Program-made: the position numbers and the translations under genes
From: Phaeosaccion multiseriatum
Lineage: Eukaryota > Protista > Ochrophyta, other classes
Assembly (NCBI GenBank): GCA_965112735.1
Contig: OZ218954.1
Location: 2,232,001 to 2,296,000 of the forward strand
Length of the DNA stretch: 64,000 nucleotides
Direction of reading: 5' to 3'
The notes under the pieces: model-generated
What the model saw: the letters and a program-made list of their open reading frames with translations, nothing else
Told to the model about the DNA's origin: nothing
Databases searched by the model: none
Shown: piece by piece, positions 38,420 to 50,300 of the stretch
How the letters are laid out: each line of letters starts with the position of its first letter
Numbering within the stretch: position 1 is the stretch's first letter

Positions 38420-40393
38420 TCACCAGAAGTACAAGTGAGCCATCACCCTACTCATGTTGAAGCCCAACCCGACGATGTGCAGGAGCGAAGTGGCAGCCAC
38501 TACCCCGATGATTGGGATGACAGGGAACAGGAACACCTAAAAGGTTCGTTCAGAGGAAGAGGAGGGGAGGGGAGGGTGGCAGAGGGTAAGGGACTGCTTT
38601 CGTATCGTCCGCGTTCCGTCTAGCGAGGGAACATACGCGCACACACACACTCGGAGCTTGAGGCCTCTGGAGGACTAATTGGAGAGTAAAGAAGTCCCCC
38701 TTCTTGAGGACCGCAGATTGTATACATTGTGTACTATAATCGGCCAAGCAAACAAGCAAGCAATCTGGTGTGTGTGTGTGTGTGTGTGTGTGAGTGAGTG
38801 ATTCTCCGTGGGTGCGTGTGCTGTTCTTCAGACGAGTGGCGATATCGTGCTCACTCCCCACAAACCCCAACCTTCACCCCCTTCTCCTCCTCCCCCAGTG
38901 AGTTGTTGTGACGGTGGTGCTACCGTTGGGTGTGGAGCTCAGTTCTCAAAGATTAAAATGACTCTCATCCTTTGTAGAAAGTAGAGCATTGGTTTGCTCA
39001 TCATCGCTCCTGTCAACGCCAACTGCCCGCTCTCGCGAATCACCAACGCCAACACCACACGTCCTATCTCTCTCCTGTCCTCTCCTCTCCAGCACTTCCT
39101 ACTCACTCACCTCAGTCTTATTGAGAAATGGCAGTGCTCTGTAGCCGAGGTGCGAAATGTAGAAGTAGTAGCTGAAGGCCACGCCATAGAGCACATTGGC
39201 CAGCACAAGAGACAGGAACGAGTGTCCCAAAAGAAGAGGAAGGAACAAATACTGCGGAGATGGAGAGAGAGAGAGATAGATAGAGAGAGATAGATAGAGA
39301 GAGAGATTAGAGAGAGAGAGAGAGAGAGAGAAGAGAAGGCGAGACGACACAGTCAGGGGCAGAAAAAGAAGAGCAGGGGGAGACAGAGCAAGCCAAGGGA
39401 CAGACGAGGAGGTACAGAAAGGAAAGAGAGCGAACCGCCAAAACGCCTTGAGGGGCGCTGCTGCACAGCCCTAGCCACAGCAAAATGGCAAAAGAATGCA
39501 CAGCCTTCTGATCCACTGACCTGCACCACGTACAGCATCACGAACAGTGGGAAGAAGGCGTTACAATGAATGTCGAAGGCGTAGAGCCACTCCACTGTCT
39601 GCTCCACGGAATGTGATCGGTGCTGCAGGAGGTAGGTGTTGCTTATCCATCTGCCCACCGTTGCGGCCACCACTCCTGGGGGGGAGGGGGGGAGTTCACG
39701 TGTAGACAAAAGACGGAGAGAGACAGAGAGAGAGAGATCAGGCAAGGGGGACCAGGAGATGCCAAACAGAGACGAGACGGGAGCTTCTTTTGACCTCCAA
39801 GAGCCCAACGCAACGTTGAACAGCAGCACATATGGTTCGGTAAAGGCTGGACCCACCCCAGAAGAGCCAGTGCAGCAGAACCGCGTGGGCGATGAGCCAC
39901 AGGTGGTGCCAGAAGCCGTGAACATGGAAGGCCAGGCCGTAGGCCATGGCGCCGACCACCAGGAAGGCTATCTGGACCAGGGCAAAGCCCGGATCGTCGC
40001 GAGCCCAGTGGTTCTTGGTCTGCTTGCGGTAGTAGGCTGTTTTGTACACTTGCTGGGGATTGACGCTGAGCAGGGTCATCAACTGGTCAGACGTGGCTTC
40101 CACGTCCATCTGCCACAGAAGGGGAGAATGGGACCGGGCGAGCGATAGAGGGAAGGAATCCAGATGGAAAGGTGAGGAGCATCGCGGCGAGGGAAGAGAG
40201 CATTGATATCCTCTCTCAGCCCGCTTTCCCGTCCGTTCCTCGCAAGCTCCCCACATTTCAAGAGGACCAAGTCACCCACCTGGTTGACGTCCAGCATCCT
40301 GCGGAAGTACTCTGGCAAGGACGACGACACAGTATACGAATCCCTGCTGGATCCATAGTGGCCGCTTGATGAGCGTCCGTCTAATGGGAGCAT
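38420..40393 (-). CDS. UNC50: UNC-50/Gmh1 family Golgi membrane protein
   Basis: YFRRMLDVNQMDVE, VYKTAYYRKQTKNHWARDDPGF, VEWLYAFDIHCNAFFP, HLGYRALPFLNKTE; last exon VFLFPVIPII..AHLYFW* ending at 38420. Confidence 0.95.
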
Positions 40394-40649
40394 TGTCTCC
40401 ACTTCCCTCCCCCCTCTCCTCCTTCTCTTCCTCTTCTTCCTCTTCCTTTTCCGTGTCTCTAACTTCTTCGCATCATGACAACTCAGGGAAACATGTGTTT
40501 ATGCACTCGTCAGTGTGGGACTGAGTGGGCTGGGGAGGGGACTCTCTCTCTCTCTCGGGAGGGGAAGTGGGATATCGAAGTGGGGAGATTGGAGGAACGG
40601 AACCACCGGGGTTGCTGACATAAACCCTGATGTGAGCGAGCAAAAGTAG

Positions 40650-42726
40650 AGAAAAGTTGTCCTCACTCACGGACGAGGCCGGCCCTCGAAGGGTATAAGC
40701 GAGAAGAAGCGGTTGATTGGTGCAGCTATAAAAGGAATTGATGAGGATTTCCTGCTCCCAGCGGAGCAGGAAGAGAAGCGAAAGAAGGAGATGGAGGAGA
40801 GGAAGAAGAAGGGCTGTGACATGTCTTCGAGCGCAGACAGGGTAGATGGTGCAAGTGGTGACCACTTCGTAGGGTTTTCTTCGCCGCCCCTTGGTCGCAC
40901 GTCTAAGCGGTACGTTCTCAATTATCGCCTCTTCGCCGCCCTTTCTGTACATACCTTGACACACTTTCTTGCCCCTGTTGCTCTCGCCCCCTTTCTACAT
41001 CTTTTCTTTGTGCTAACAGGGGTGAGAACGACGAGGATGAGGACGAGGAGGATGGTAATACGGGCGAGGAGGGGGGCGGTTGTGGTGGGGGAGGGTTTGG
41101 GACGAAGAATAGACCACCAGCGCAGACTGAGTTCATCAAGGTAGCACTCCAGGCGGCAAAGGATCCAGAGAAAGGGTTGTCTACTTGGGGATCTCCCTAC
41201 TTCAGGGCCCCGACGGTAAGCCGCCAGTCTCAAGTGGGAGGGTACGCCCAACGTGACGTGTTTGTCTGGCCCCCCCACATCTTCCACAACCTTGGAGAGG
41301 ACCATCGGCAGCCTCTTTGCGCATGGCATGCCTCGTCAAAGTGTGTACAAGCTAATGGATGGACGGCGCCGCAGCGGGCTGTGCATGTCACCAGCCTGGA
41401 GGACAACTTTGTCATGGTGGGGACAAGGCATCTGTGTGCAGTGCGATGGGAGGAGAAGAAACGGATGAAAGCTGCGTACAAGGAGGCGGAGAAGAAGAAA
41501 GAAAACGTCACAAGAGCAGGTTCGTGTGCTTCGGTTGTGTCTCATTTGCGCTACTCTCTGCGGCTTTGGATGAAGACGCCTCGCCTCTCTTCTTCGCCCT
41601 CCTTCCTTGTCCCCACCCCTGTTCAGATTGCCGCTCAGAAGAAAGCCATTAGCGAGTACTCGACCTCCTTCTACTCCTACGACCCACGCGTGACCACAGC
41701 GTACAAGGAGAACTTACGCTTCCAGTGGGTGACTGCAGAGCTGCCCGTTGAGGTAGGACCAGGCAACACGGCCCTTACAACCTCAGCGGCCCTGCTTCTC
41801 GTGCGAAACGGTACATCAACTGGCGGCATCGGTGACACAGAGAAGCTGTTTAAGGAACTGGAGTCGCATTCCCTGAGCCGAAAGCAGCTACAGTTTCTAG
41901 GGGAGGTGAGTTTCTGGCAGCTCGCCTTGGGAGACATGGGGGGCGGCTTCGAGGAACTCAGAAGCTTACGAAAGAGGAATTGGCGACCTTGATACGCGCA
42001 TCGATTTAGATGTGGGCGGCTCTTTGGCCGCCCTTGCCGCTCTTTCTTATGCCATCCACTGCAGAAGCTTACTTACAGTCTGTCTTCCACTCAGAACTCG
42101 CCTACAACGAGCTCAGGAGCAGCCACTTCTTCGAGGCTGTTCAGCGGCCCCTTCGGAGGGAAGTGGGACCATCTGCAGCCGCTGCGGGACCTGTGGACAA
42201 GGCGTGGGTGCGGCAGTTTTTGCCCAGGGCACAGACTCTCGCGGCACCACAAGAGGACCACGACGCCATCGAGGGGCAAGAGCGAGCAGAGAACCCTGCT
42301 CCAGTTGCGGGGGAGGAGGGTGGAGACCACTTTAGCGAGGAGCATGTTGGCGGAGATACTGCGGAGGGTACAGCAGCGAGTGGCAGCATGGGCTACACCC
42401 CCTCCCGCTTTCCGGGATGGAGTCTGCCACTGCTGGAGGAGCTGCTGCTGCAGCAGCAGCAGGACCTCCCAGCGCCGGCAGCAGGAGCCGCAGCACCGTG
42501 GCCGGCAGCGGGAGGATCGGGGGCAGGAGCAGTTGTAGCACCTGCAGAGGGTGGTGTCGCTCTCGGGAGGGGTGAGAGTACCCGCGAGACGGAGCTACGG
42601 AAGAAGGGGGAGGCCTGGAAAAGGAGGAGAACAGAGGCAGGCGCAGAGGGGAGGGAGGCGGCAAAGCTCCAGAAAAGGGCGACCCTTCATGGTGACTCGT
42701 ACCTTTCTGTGTACATGGTAATGTAA
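40650..42726 (+). pseudogene. DUF6729-like transposon-associated protein, N-terminal half, apparently frameshifted or truncated
   Basis: YAQRDVFVWPPH..C..H..CVQANGW..VTSLEDNFVMVGTRHLC..SFYSYDPRV..ELP..KLFKELESH..LQFL resembles by eye the DUF6729-type N-terminus. AT-hook-like GRGRP at ~40671. The frame breaks near 41990-42050 and no DDE core is visible. Confidence 0.55.
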
Positions 42727-42862
42727 ATGCAACACATTGGTCTTGTTCAGTTGCCTCTGCTGTCGCGCACGCTTCGTGGGAGCATGTCTGTCTTTCTTCT
42801 TCCTCCCTTTTGGAAAGTGCGTCGAGAGGAAAGGAGGAGAAGCAGCTAGGCCCACGCACAGC

Positions 42863-42906
42863 ACTGAAACTCAAATCCAGACCGCGGTTTGGATCTGAGT
42901 TTCAGT
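42863..42906. repeat. 44-bp near-perfect palindrome/hairpin
   Basis: ACTGAAACTCAAATCCAGACC-GC-GGTTTGGATCTGAGTTTCAGT; arms differ at 2 positions. Confidence 0.9.
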
Positions 42907-43145
42907 TTGCTCCACCTCTGTCCGGTCACCCAGTAACAAGACGCACACGTCATCACTCTGAAGAACACGAGTCTTATTATTATGAACATGAAATCTCCAA
43001 CCAGCGGACAGGCCTTTTGTTATCCCTCTTCGCCCTGCCTCCTCCTTGCTTGTCCTCCTCCATCCCCAAGGCCCCTTGTTCTATTGGTCGCGTGCACCCG
43101 TCGTTCTTGACCCAGCTTCCATCCTCCCTCTTCCCCTGCTCAGAA

Positions 43146-46100
43146 TGACACCACTCCTCGTCGGGCGGTCCTCGCTCGTCGGGCTGTTGAGGAAGGTCGG
43201 AGGTGTTTGGCGAGGAGGGGAGGGAGGGAGGGAGAGAGAGAGAGAGAGCCATTCAGAAGCAGCCAATGGAAGAGAGAGGAGGAGGAGCCGGCGCTGGGGA
43301 ATTTCTCCTTTCCCCGTCCCTTCCCTCATCCCCGTCACTGCCTGAAGGCCTTCCCTCACGGCCGGCGCTCGGGCTCGGGTGCTTCTTAGACCAAGTCAAG
43401 GCCAAGGAGAGGAAGGACATGTGGGAGTGGCAGCCAGCTCAACGAGACAAGAGTGCCACGGAAGGCATTCCCTACCCTTGGCGAGCCCGCGGGCAGCAGT
43501 CCTCGCCCCAATCCATGGCAGCAGCGGCACGTTCGCTCCGTGGCTCCATGACGGGGTCGCCGAGCGAGACCCGGCCGCCCCTCCGGCTGCCAGTCGTGTC
43601 ACGCGTCTCGGCTGGCATGATGACAAAGCAAAGCAAAGGGAGCGCCGAGCGGTAAGGACGGGTGAGAAGGCCGCGACGGCGGAGAGACAAAGGTATTGGC
43701 AGCCCTGAGAAGGGCTCCCGAAGTGCACTAAGCAAACCATCAAAAAGATCATGACCAATCAAAATCATGGGGTCCGGCCGCCCACCCGGCTGCTGGCTGC
43801 TGTGCAAGTCAACGAGGAGCCACCTCCATAACTCCGGAGCCGGAGCAGTCGGCCTACTTGGTCACCGGCGCCTTTGTGCCCCTCCCCTCTCTCTGTGCCC
43901 GGGCATGGGGGCAGAGCAGAGTGGACCTTAACATCTAACTACTATTGAAGGTCGGCAAGAAGTCTTGTCCCGGAGACAGACACAGCGGGTGTGTACGTCC
44001 CCGGGCCGAGACTACACTCCTTCTGCGTGCTATCTGCTACCAGCCGGCTTCAGGCGACGTGCTACCTGCTACCAGCCGGCGGCCAGTGGCGTGTTACTGG
44101 GCCCTGCGGGGCCGGTAGATATGCTACTGGAAATGCGTCGGGCCCACGTCAGGGGTTTGACAAGCCGCCTCTTGTGGCCGGGAGGTGTCGCTTCTCCGCG
44201 CACTCTCCTACTCCCTTTCTCTCCACTCTATGCTGCTGGTCCTTGCCCCCCCCTGCCCTTCTCTCTCCGCTCTCGCTCCCCAACCATCCCTCTGTACGTC
44301 CATCATTCACCATGCCTATGCCATACTTCTCCCCAAACAACCCTCCCGCCCGTGCACCCTCTTTCATCGCAGGCCCTCTTCCTTTCGCACTCCCTCTCAT
44401 TTCTCCCTCCTCTTGTCCCTAATTTTGGGCCTCGCGCTCCCTCTTCGCCCAGCCTGCTCACCTCTTGCTCTGGGACGGGAAAGGTCGATGACGGCCATCA
44501 GCGGCTGGTCTGCGGTTTCAGCGTGGGAAGCAAGGGAGGGAGGGTGTGGGGGTGGGCGAGGAGGAGGTCAGTTTTGGACACTAGCGCGCCTCCTGCATAA
44601 ATATGACGGCAGGCAGACAACGCGTCTCCACACACTGTCAATGCTGCTCATCGTCTTCGCCCTTCTCTCTCTCCACTCTCACTCTCCAACCATCCCTTCC
44701 CCTCTCCGTCACCCACCACACCTGGCCCCTGCTTCTCTCCAATCCGCCCCTGACCATCCACTTTCTTCCTCTTCACCTTTCTCTCCATGACACTCTCGCC
44801 TCTCCCCCATCACCCTTCCTCCTCTTATCCCTCTGCTTTCCGATCCGTACCGATCCGCCCCTACCCACCATGTCATGTCGCCGCGCCCCCGCTCTCCAAA
44901 CCCATCGCCTCTCCTCCGTATAATACACCGGCTTTCTCATGCGCGTGTCCGTCATGCGCCCCTCCCCCGCAGCATCGGCTGCTGCCTACTCGGCTCGGCT
45001 CCCCGCATCAAACATGCCTCTTCCCATCACCTGGCCCTCCCTCTTCGCCCTCTATCCCGCCTCTCTATCGGTAGTGCTTACATCCAGTCCCTGTAGTGCT
45101 TTCACCGTTGATGATTAGTACGGGCATTGAAAAAAAACGAGTAACGGGATTTCTAAGTGAGTTTGAGGGATGAGACCATAATTTCCCCGCCCCTTATGTC
45201 GCTTCCATGAACGCCACCTCCGCACCTACCTGGCCACCTGCGTCTTGCTCAAGGGAGCTCCACCCTTTCCTCCCCCTTTCCTCGCGCGAACGCCACAGTT
45301 TTGGCAAGAGCTACATCAGAATCGGTACCGAGTCGGCCAGCAATCAAGCAAATCAGATGGGTGCCCAGTCGCGATGCTTGGATGTGCTCGCATGTCAGCC
45401 CGAGCGAATCAGTGGATGTAAGTAGGCCAGGGGAAGGGAAGGGCATGTGAGACAGGGAGCGAGGGAGCGTGGTTAGACCGAAACAGGAGACGAACGAGCG
45501 GAACATGCATGACGTACCCACCCAACTCCAACCCCCCTCCTCCCGCCCCCGCGCATCCTCACCCCTTACCACGTGTACTTCCTTCTGGGCTGGCGCACCC
45601 CTTGGACGCAAAGAAACATTTTTCAACGTCGAGTGAGCGCAGTGATGTAACGCGTACACTGGAGACATGTTCGTCCTGCCGTTCGGCAACGTGTGCACCA
45701 TAAGGAACCACCTGACGGTATACGGGCATATGGCAGTGTGTGGTGGGAGAAGTCGCTCATCAGGTCCGACGGAGCAAGTGTCGAAGAAGCCATCCCCCCC
45801 AAGCCCACTCGCCCTCGCGACAGAGCCCCCCCCCCCCCCCTCGCGACACCTTCTTCTCCGACGAAAGGCGAAGGAGAGTGGACTGAGGGCGGGGAGAGCG
45901 AAGACCTGGGACGCCCGCGTTGGACAGGGAGAGCGACAGGGGGTGGAGACGGAGCCCGGCCATCCGGCGGGACGCAGGAGGGGCAACGCAGGCCTCCACC
46001 TACCACCTTCAGAGTTGATGTCGGAAAGGAGATGACGCCGGTGAAGGAACGAGGGAGCGGAAAGGACAAGTCGGTGAAGGAAGTGGGGGAAAGGGAAGGA

Positions 46101-46265
46101 GAAGTGGTGCGCAACAAGGAGGAGCGGCGCAAGCTTCCCAGGTGGGACAGCGAGGTCTGCCGCCCGTGGTATTACTGGCTCGAGACGGAAGGTCCGGCAA
46201 GCGTTGCGCGCGGCCGATCTGAACAAGTGCAGCAGGCACCGCCGCCTGCTGCAGCAGCTGCAGCA

Positions 46266-46298
<33 letters not shown>

Positions 46299-46660
46299 GG
46301 AGGAGGAGGAGGAGGAGGAGCTGCTGTAGCAGCAGCAGCAGGACCAGCGCCGGCAGCAGCAGCAGCAGAGGGACGATCAGGGGCACGCGGGGGGAAATGT
46401 CTAGTTTTCTTTCTTTTCCCCCCATATGGGCCTCCTTTCCGAACCCTTCCTGCCCGAAATGGAGTTTAGCTCCCTCTTAGCTACACACAGAAAGCGATCG
46501 AGGATCGAAGAGAAGGAAGGACAAAGACAAAAAAGGGGTTGGACGAGGATTGCCGCCACGGTGGGGATGATGCCTATTCAGGTCGAGCAGCGGAATCCGG
46601 TGCAGCAAGATGTGTGCTGTTTGTGGCAGCTGTGCGTGGGTCCCAATGTTTACTAATATA
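43146..46660 (+). pseudogene. Degenerate coding-like fragments of unknown family
   Basis: Protein-like stretches (GCFLDQVKAKERKDMWEWQ, RVHWRHVRPAVRQRVHHKEPPDGIRAYGSVWWEK, PRWDSEVCRPWYYWLE) are separated by stops, frame changes and pyrimidine-rich intron-like tracts. Confidence 0.35.
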
Positions 46661-47301
46661 TTTTAAAACCCATACAGAATGATCACACACAGAATGGGCG
46701 ACAGAAGGGCTGGGCTAATGAACTGAAACTGGAAATGAAGAGCCTCCGCCCCCCCCCGCTTTTCTCCTTTTTATATATCTTTCATCCTTGCCTCCGCACT
46801 GAATAGCATAGCCACCAAGCCAGGAGAGATATAGAGAAAGGAAGGGGAAGGCTCAAGCGCGACACGGGGACAGCTGGCTTGGGGAAAGGACAAGCTTTAG
46901 TTTCGTTTTGCTTGTTCCCCCGACCAGCCAAGACAAGAAGCAACCACGGCGGCGGTACCCAACGGCGCAGTACTAGAGCAGCAGCAGCAGGCACCGGGCA
47001 CCAAAGGCGCCTCTGAGCAGGCTGTGGATCCGTTTTGGTGGTCTTCCGCCACCGGCTCCTCCTCTGGTGGTGCCCTGCCTGGTCGAGGAGCCCAGCGCCG
47101 CCCGACAGGCAGCCCCAGCGGAGGCTGTGCGAGGAGCACGATCGGGTGCGTGCGTGTAGCTTCCTTTCGGCTGGGCTGCTCTCGCCCACCGTTCCTGTCA
47201 CTGGCTGCGTGTCTGCCTCGCTCGCTCATGTCTTCTTGTTGCTCATCCCCCCAGCCATACGCCACCGACCTTGCTTGCTTGGCCTTCTCGCTCGCTCACA
47301 C

Positions 47302-50300
47302 ATGTCACCACCAGCCACAGGCCCAGCCTGCCGATTCTTTCCGCCATTGTTCTGCGCGGCGGCAGCAAGCATGTGTCTCCTCCTTCATGTCCTCAAGCCC
47401 TCATTGTTGGGGGTGTCAGCACAGACCCTCCTGCTCGTTGGGCTGCTGGTACTCGGGCTCCGCCTGCTGCTGCTGCTGCTGCTGCCTCCTCCTCGGTAAG
47501 CAAGTCCAGGAAGCTAGCTAGGCTAGTAAGAAGGGAGGGACGGAAGGGTGTCTTTCTTGACTTCTCAAGGCACGCTCGGAGTCGACTTCCAACCCAGCAA
47601 ACCCATCCTAAATGTTTCTCTCTCTCTCTCTCTCTCTCCCTTTGCTTATACTACTAGCGAGGCAACGGAGCGTACTTCTAGGAGGAAGAAGAAGAACAGA
47701 CGAGCAAGAAGGAGGAGGAGGAGACAGAGGACAGAAGAGGAGGAGGCGGAGAGGCTGGAGGAGGAACAGCAATTTCAAAGGAAGAAGAGGCAAGCCAGGG
47801 AAAATGACCTGGCAGAAAAGAGGAGAAAGGAGGTCAAGGAGGTCAAAGCATCCTCCCGGCGGCGTGAGCTACTCCGTGCTGTCGTGGGCAGTTGTGCGTA
47901 CAGAGACGCCCGGCGTGTGGACAATCACGCCAAGAGCACCACTCGTCGTCTCCTCAACGAGGAGATCAAGCGCCTCCAGCAGAACGACCCACACCTGTTT
48001 AGAAGCCTCTGGGTGGGACGACAGCCCCCCCAGAGGCTCGTTGACGTTATTCTCCGGCGCCTCGACCTGGCCATCGCCCGCAGTACTAGAGAAGAGCAGC
48101 AGCAGCAGCAGCAGCAGCAGGAAGCGGAGCAGGAGCGGCGCGGTTCGCCGGGTGGTGGCGGCAGCAGTAGCAGCAGTAGCAGCACCAGCACCAGCACCAG
48201 CAGCAGCGACAGCAGCAGCGACAGCAGCAGCGGCTTTGAGACAGAAGCTCCTCCTCCGCACAAGAGAAGGCGCTGGACGTGGCGACGTCAGCAGCGATGC
48301 CTGCCGAGGAGGATGGAGAAGAAGGAGCCGGAGCAGCAGCAAGAGCGGTGTTGGTGGGCGGGCGTGACGGGTTTCTTAGAAACCGTTCTCCTGTGGTGGC
48401 TGTGGGCCACACCAGACTTTTCACTGTTAGTCTCTTGCCCTTCTTGGTGGGGCTGCGGAGGGTTGGCCGTCTGGCTGCTCCACTCCATGATTGGACGGCA
48501 GCAACAACAACCAACAGGGGCCAGCAGCTCGTCTGGCCATCAGCCGCCGGGTGAGGGCCAGGGCCAGTGCCGGGACGCCAATGAGAGCCGGCGACGGCCC
48601 CGGGGTGTGAAGAGGCGGAGGCGGGATGGCCGGGAGAGAAGGAGGCGACGGGAAGAGCGAGAGAACAAGAAACGGGCACAACGGGTCTCCTCCTTTCCCA
48701 ACTTACTGGCACTGCTTACCACAATCCCACCATTGTTCCGGCGCACTCCACTCTACATACTAGCAGCTGGAGGTGGATGGTGTTCCTGGTACACCGCGCT
48801 TGCTAACCTCTGCCTACGGCTCTTGGCGGTGGTGAGTACGAAAGTGTGTGTGTGCGTGCGTGGGGGGGGAGGGGGGGGGGGGTGTGAAAGTGGGTTGTTG
48901 AAAGTCACTGCGAAAACCAGCCAGTGAGGGCTCATTAAATACCCATCTCATTGTATCCGGAAGCTGAACCCTACTGTATACCCCTCCACTCCACTGCCGC
49001 CCGCTGCTTCGCTGCCTCCAGCCGCCTTTTCTGAGTGGGGGCGTTTCCACGACACGGGAGCAAGGGGTCACGGCCACGACCAGCGGCCAGTGCCAGGACG
49101 ACCCTTGTGACGATGAGGGAGAGGGGGATGGGGGACGGAGGAGGAAGAGGAAGAGGAGGAGGGGGAGGGGGGGGAAGGGAAGGAAGGGGAGGAGGAGGAA
49201 GGGGAGGAGGAGGAGGACGAGGAGGAGGAGGAGGAGGAGGAGGAGGAAGGGGAAGGGGAAGAAGGAGAGCCAGGCGTGTGTCATGGCCGCTGTGCTGGGC
49301 CCAGAGCGCTGCCGAGGGCTATCGGCGAGGGAGGTGAGGGCCGAGGCCTGTCGGCAACTGCGGGCCAGTCTGCCCCAGAGGCGCCGTGAGATGGAGACCG
49401 TCGTCGGTGCTGGCTGTGTGGAGGCCTTCATCTGCGAGGTGGAGAAGCCCAACCGAAAGGGTGGGCGTCTCTTCCTTCGCCTTTGGGAAGCAGCGACGGG
49501 TGTGAGGTGCGTGGTCCTTTATCCCGGTGGGGATACAGGATCATACATGCCCACCGATTACTTCTCTCTGGAGAGGGCGAGAGAGGAGACCAGCTCCGAG
49601 GAGGACATTTTGTGGCTGGCCTTCGATGGCAACCATTACACCAGCATTCGGCGCCCAAACAGCATCATCAGCGCGGCCACCAGAGTCTTCCAGGGCCCCA
49701 TGCTGGGGGGTGGGAAGGCGCGCAGGAGAAGGAGGGCAGAGCAGGAGACACAGGAGGAGGCTTCTCTCGCGGTGAGTCAGTCTTTTTAAATTTGATTTCT
49801 TTTCTCTTAATTTTCTCTCCTCTCTCCACATCTCTCTCTTCTCACACCACCTCTCCCCCCCCCCTTTCTGCCTGCCTGTCTTTTTTTTTTTCCTTTTTTT
49901 TTTTTTTTTTTTCTTTCTCCCTCCCCAGGACAAGCAAGAACTGAATGCTGTGGATGCTGTCCACTGGGCGAGGATCTTCCCATCCCACCGATATGTGGCC
50001 ACTGCCAAGGAGGGAAATTGCTTCTTGTGGGCCCTTTGGCAGCAGTGCCTTCAGCATCTTCCGGACAGCGATAGACCTTCTAGGCCTATCCCGCTCGATG
50101 ACAAGGGCAAGCCAGTCATGTCTGTGTGGCGCCAGCAGCTGGCTCATGCGTATCTCAGCAGCGCTGGGGATCAGCGCGATCACAAGCCGGGTGAGCCACA
50201 GCCTGACCCTGTCACCCTCGGCACTTACGGAGAGTACCTTGGGGAGAATGAAATTCGTTGGCTTTGCGAATACTTTGCCATCAAGGTCACCTTGGTCACC

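Noticed and set aside
37560-38420. Possible small minus-strand gene between the hydrolase and UNC50
   Set aside because: Short ORFs with no recognisable motif and no convincing exon chain; could be UTR.
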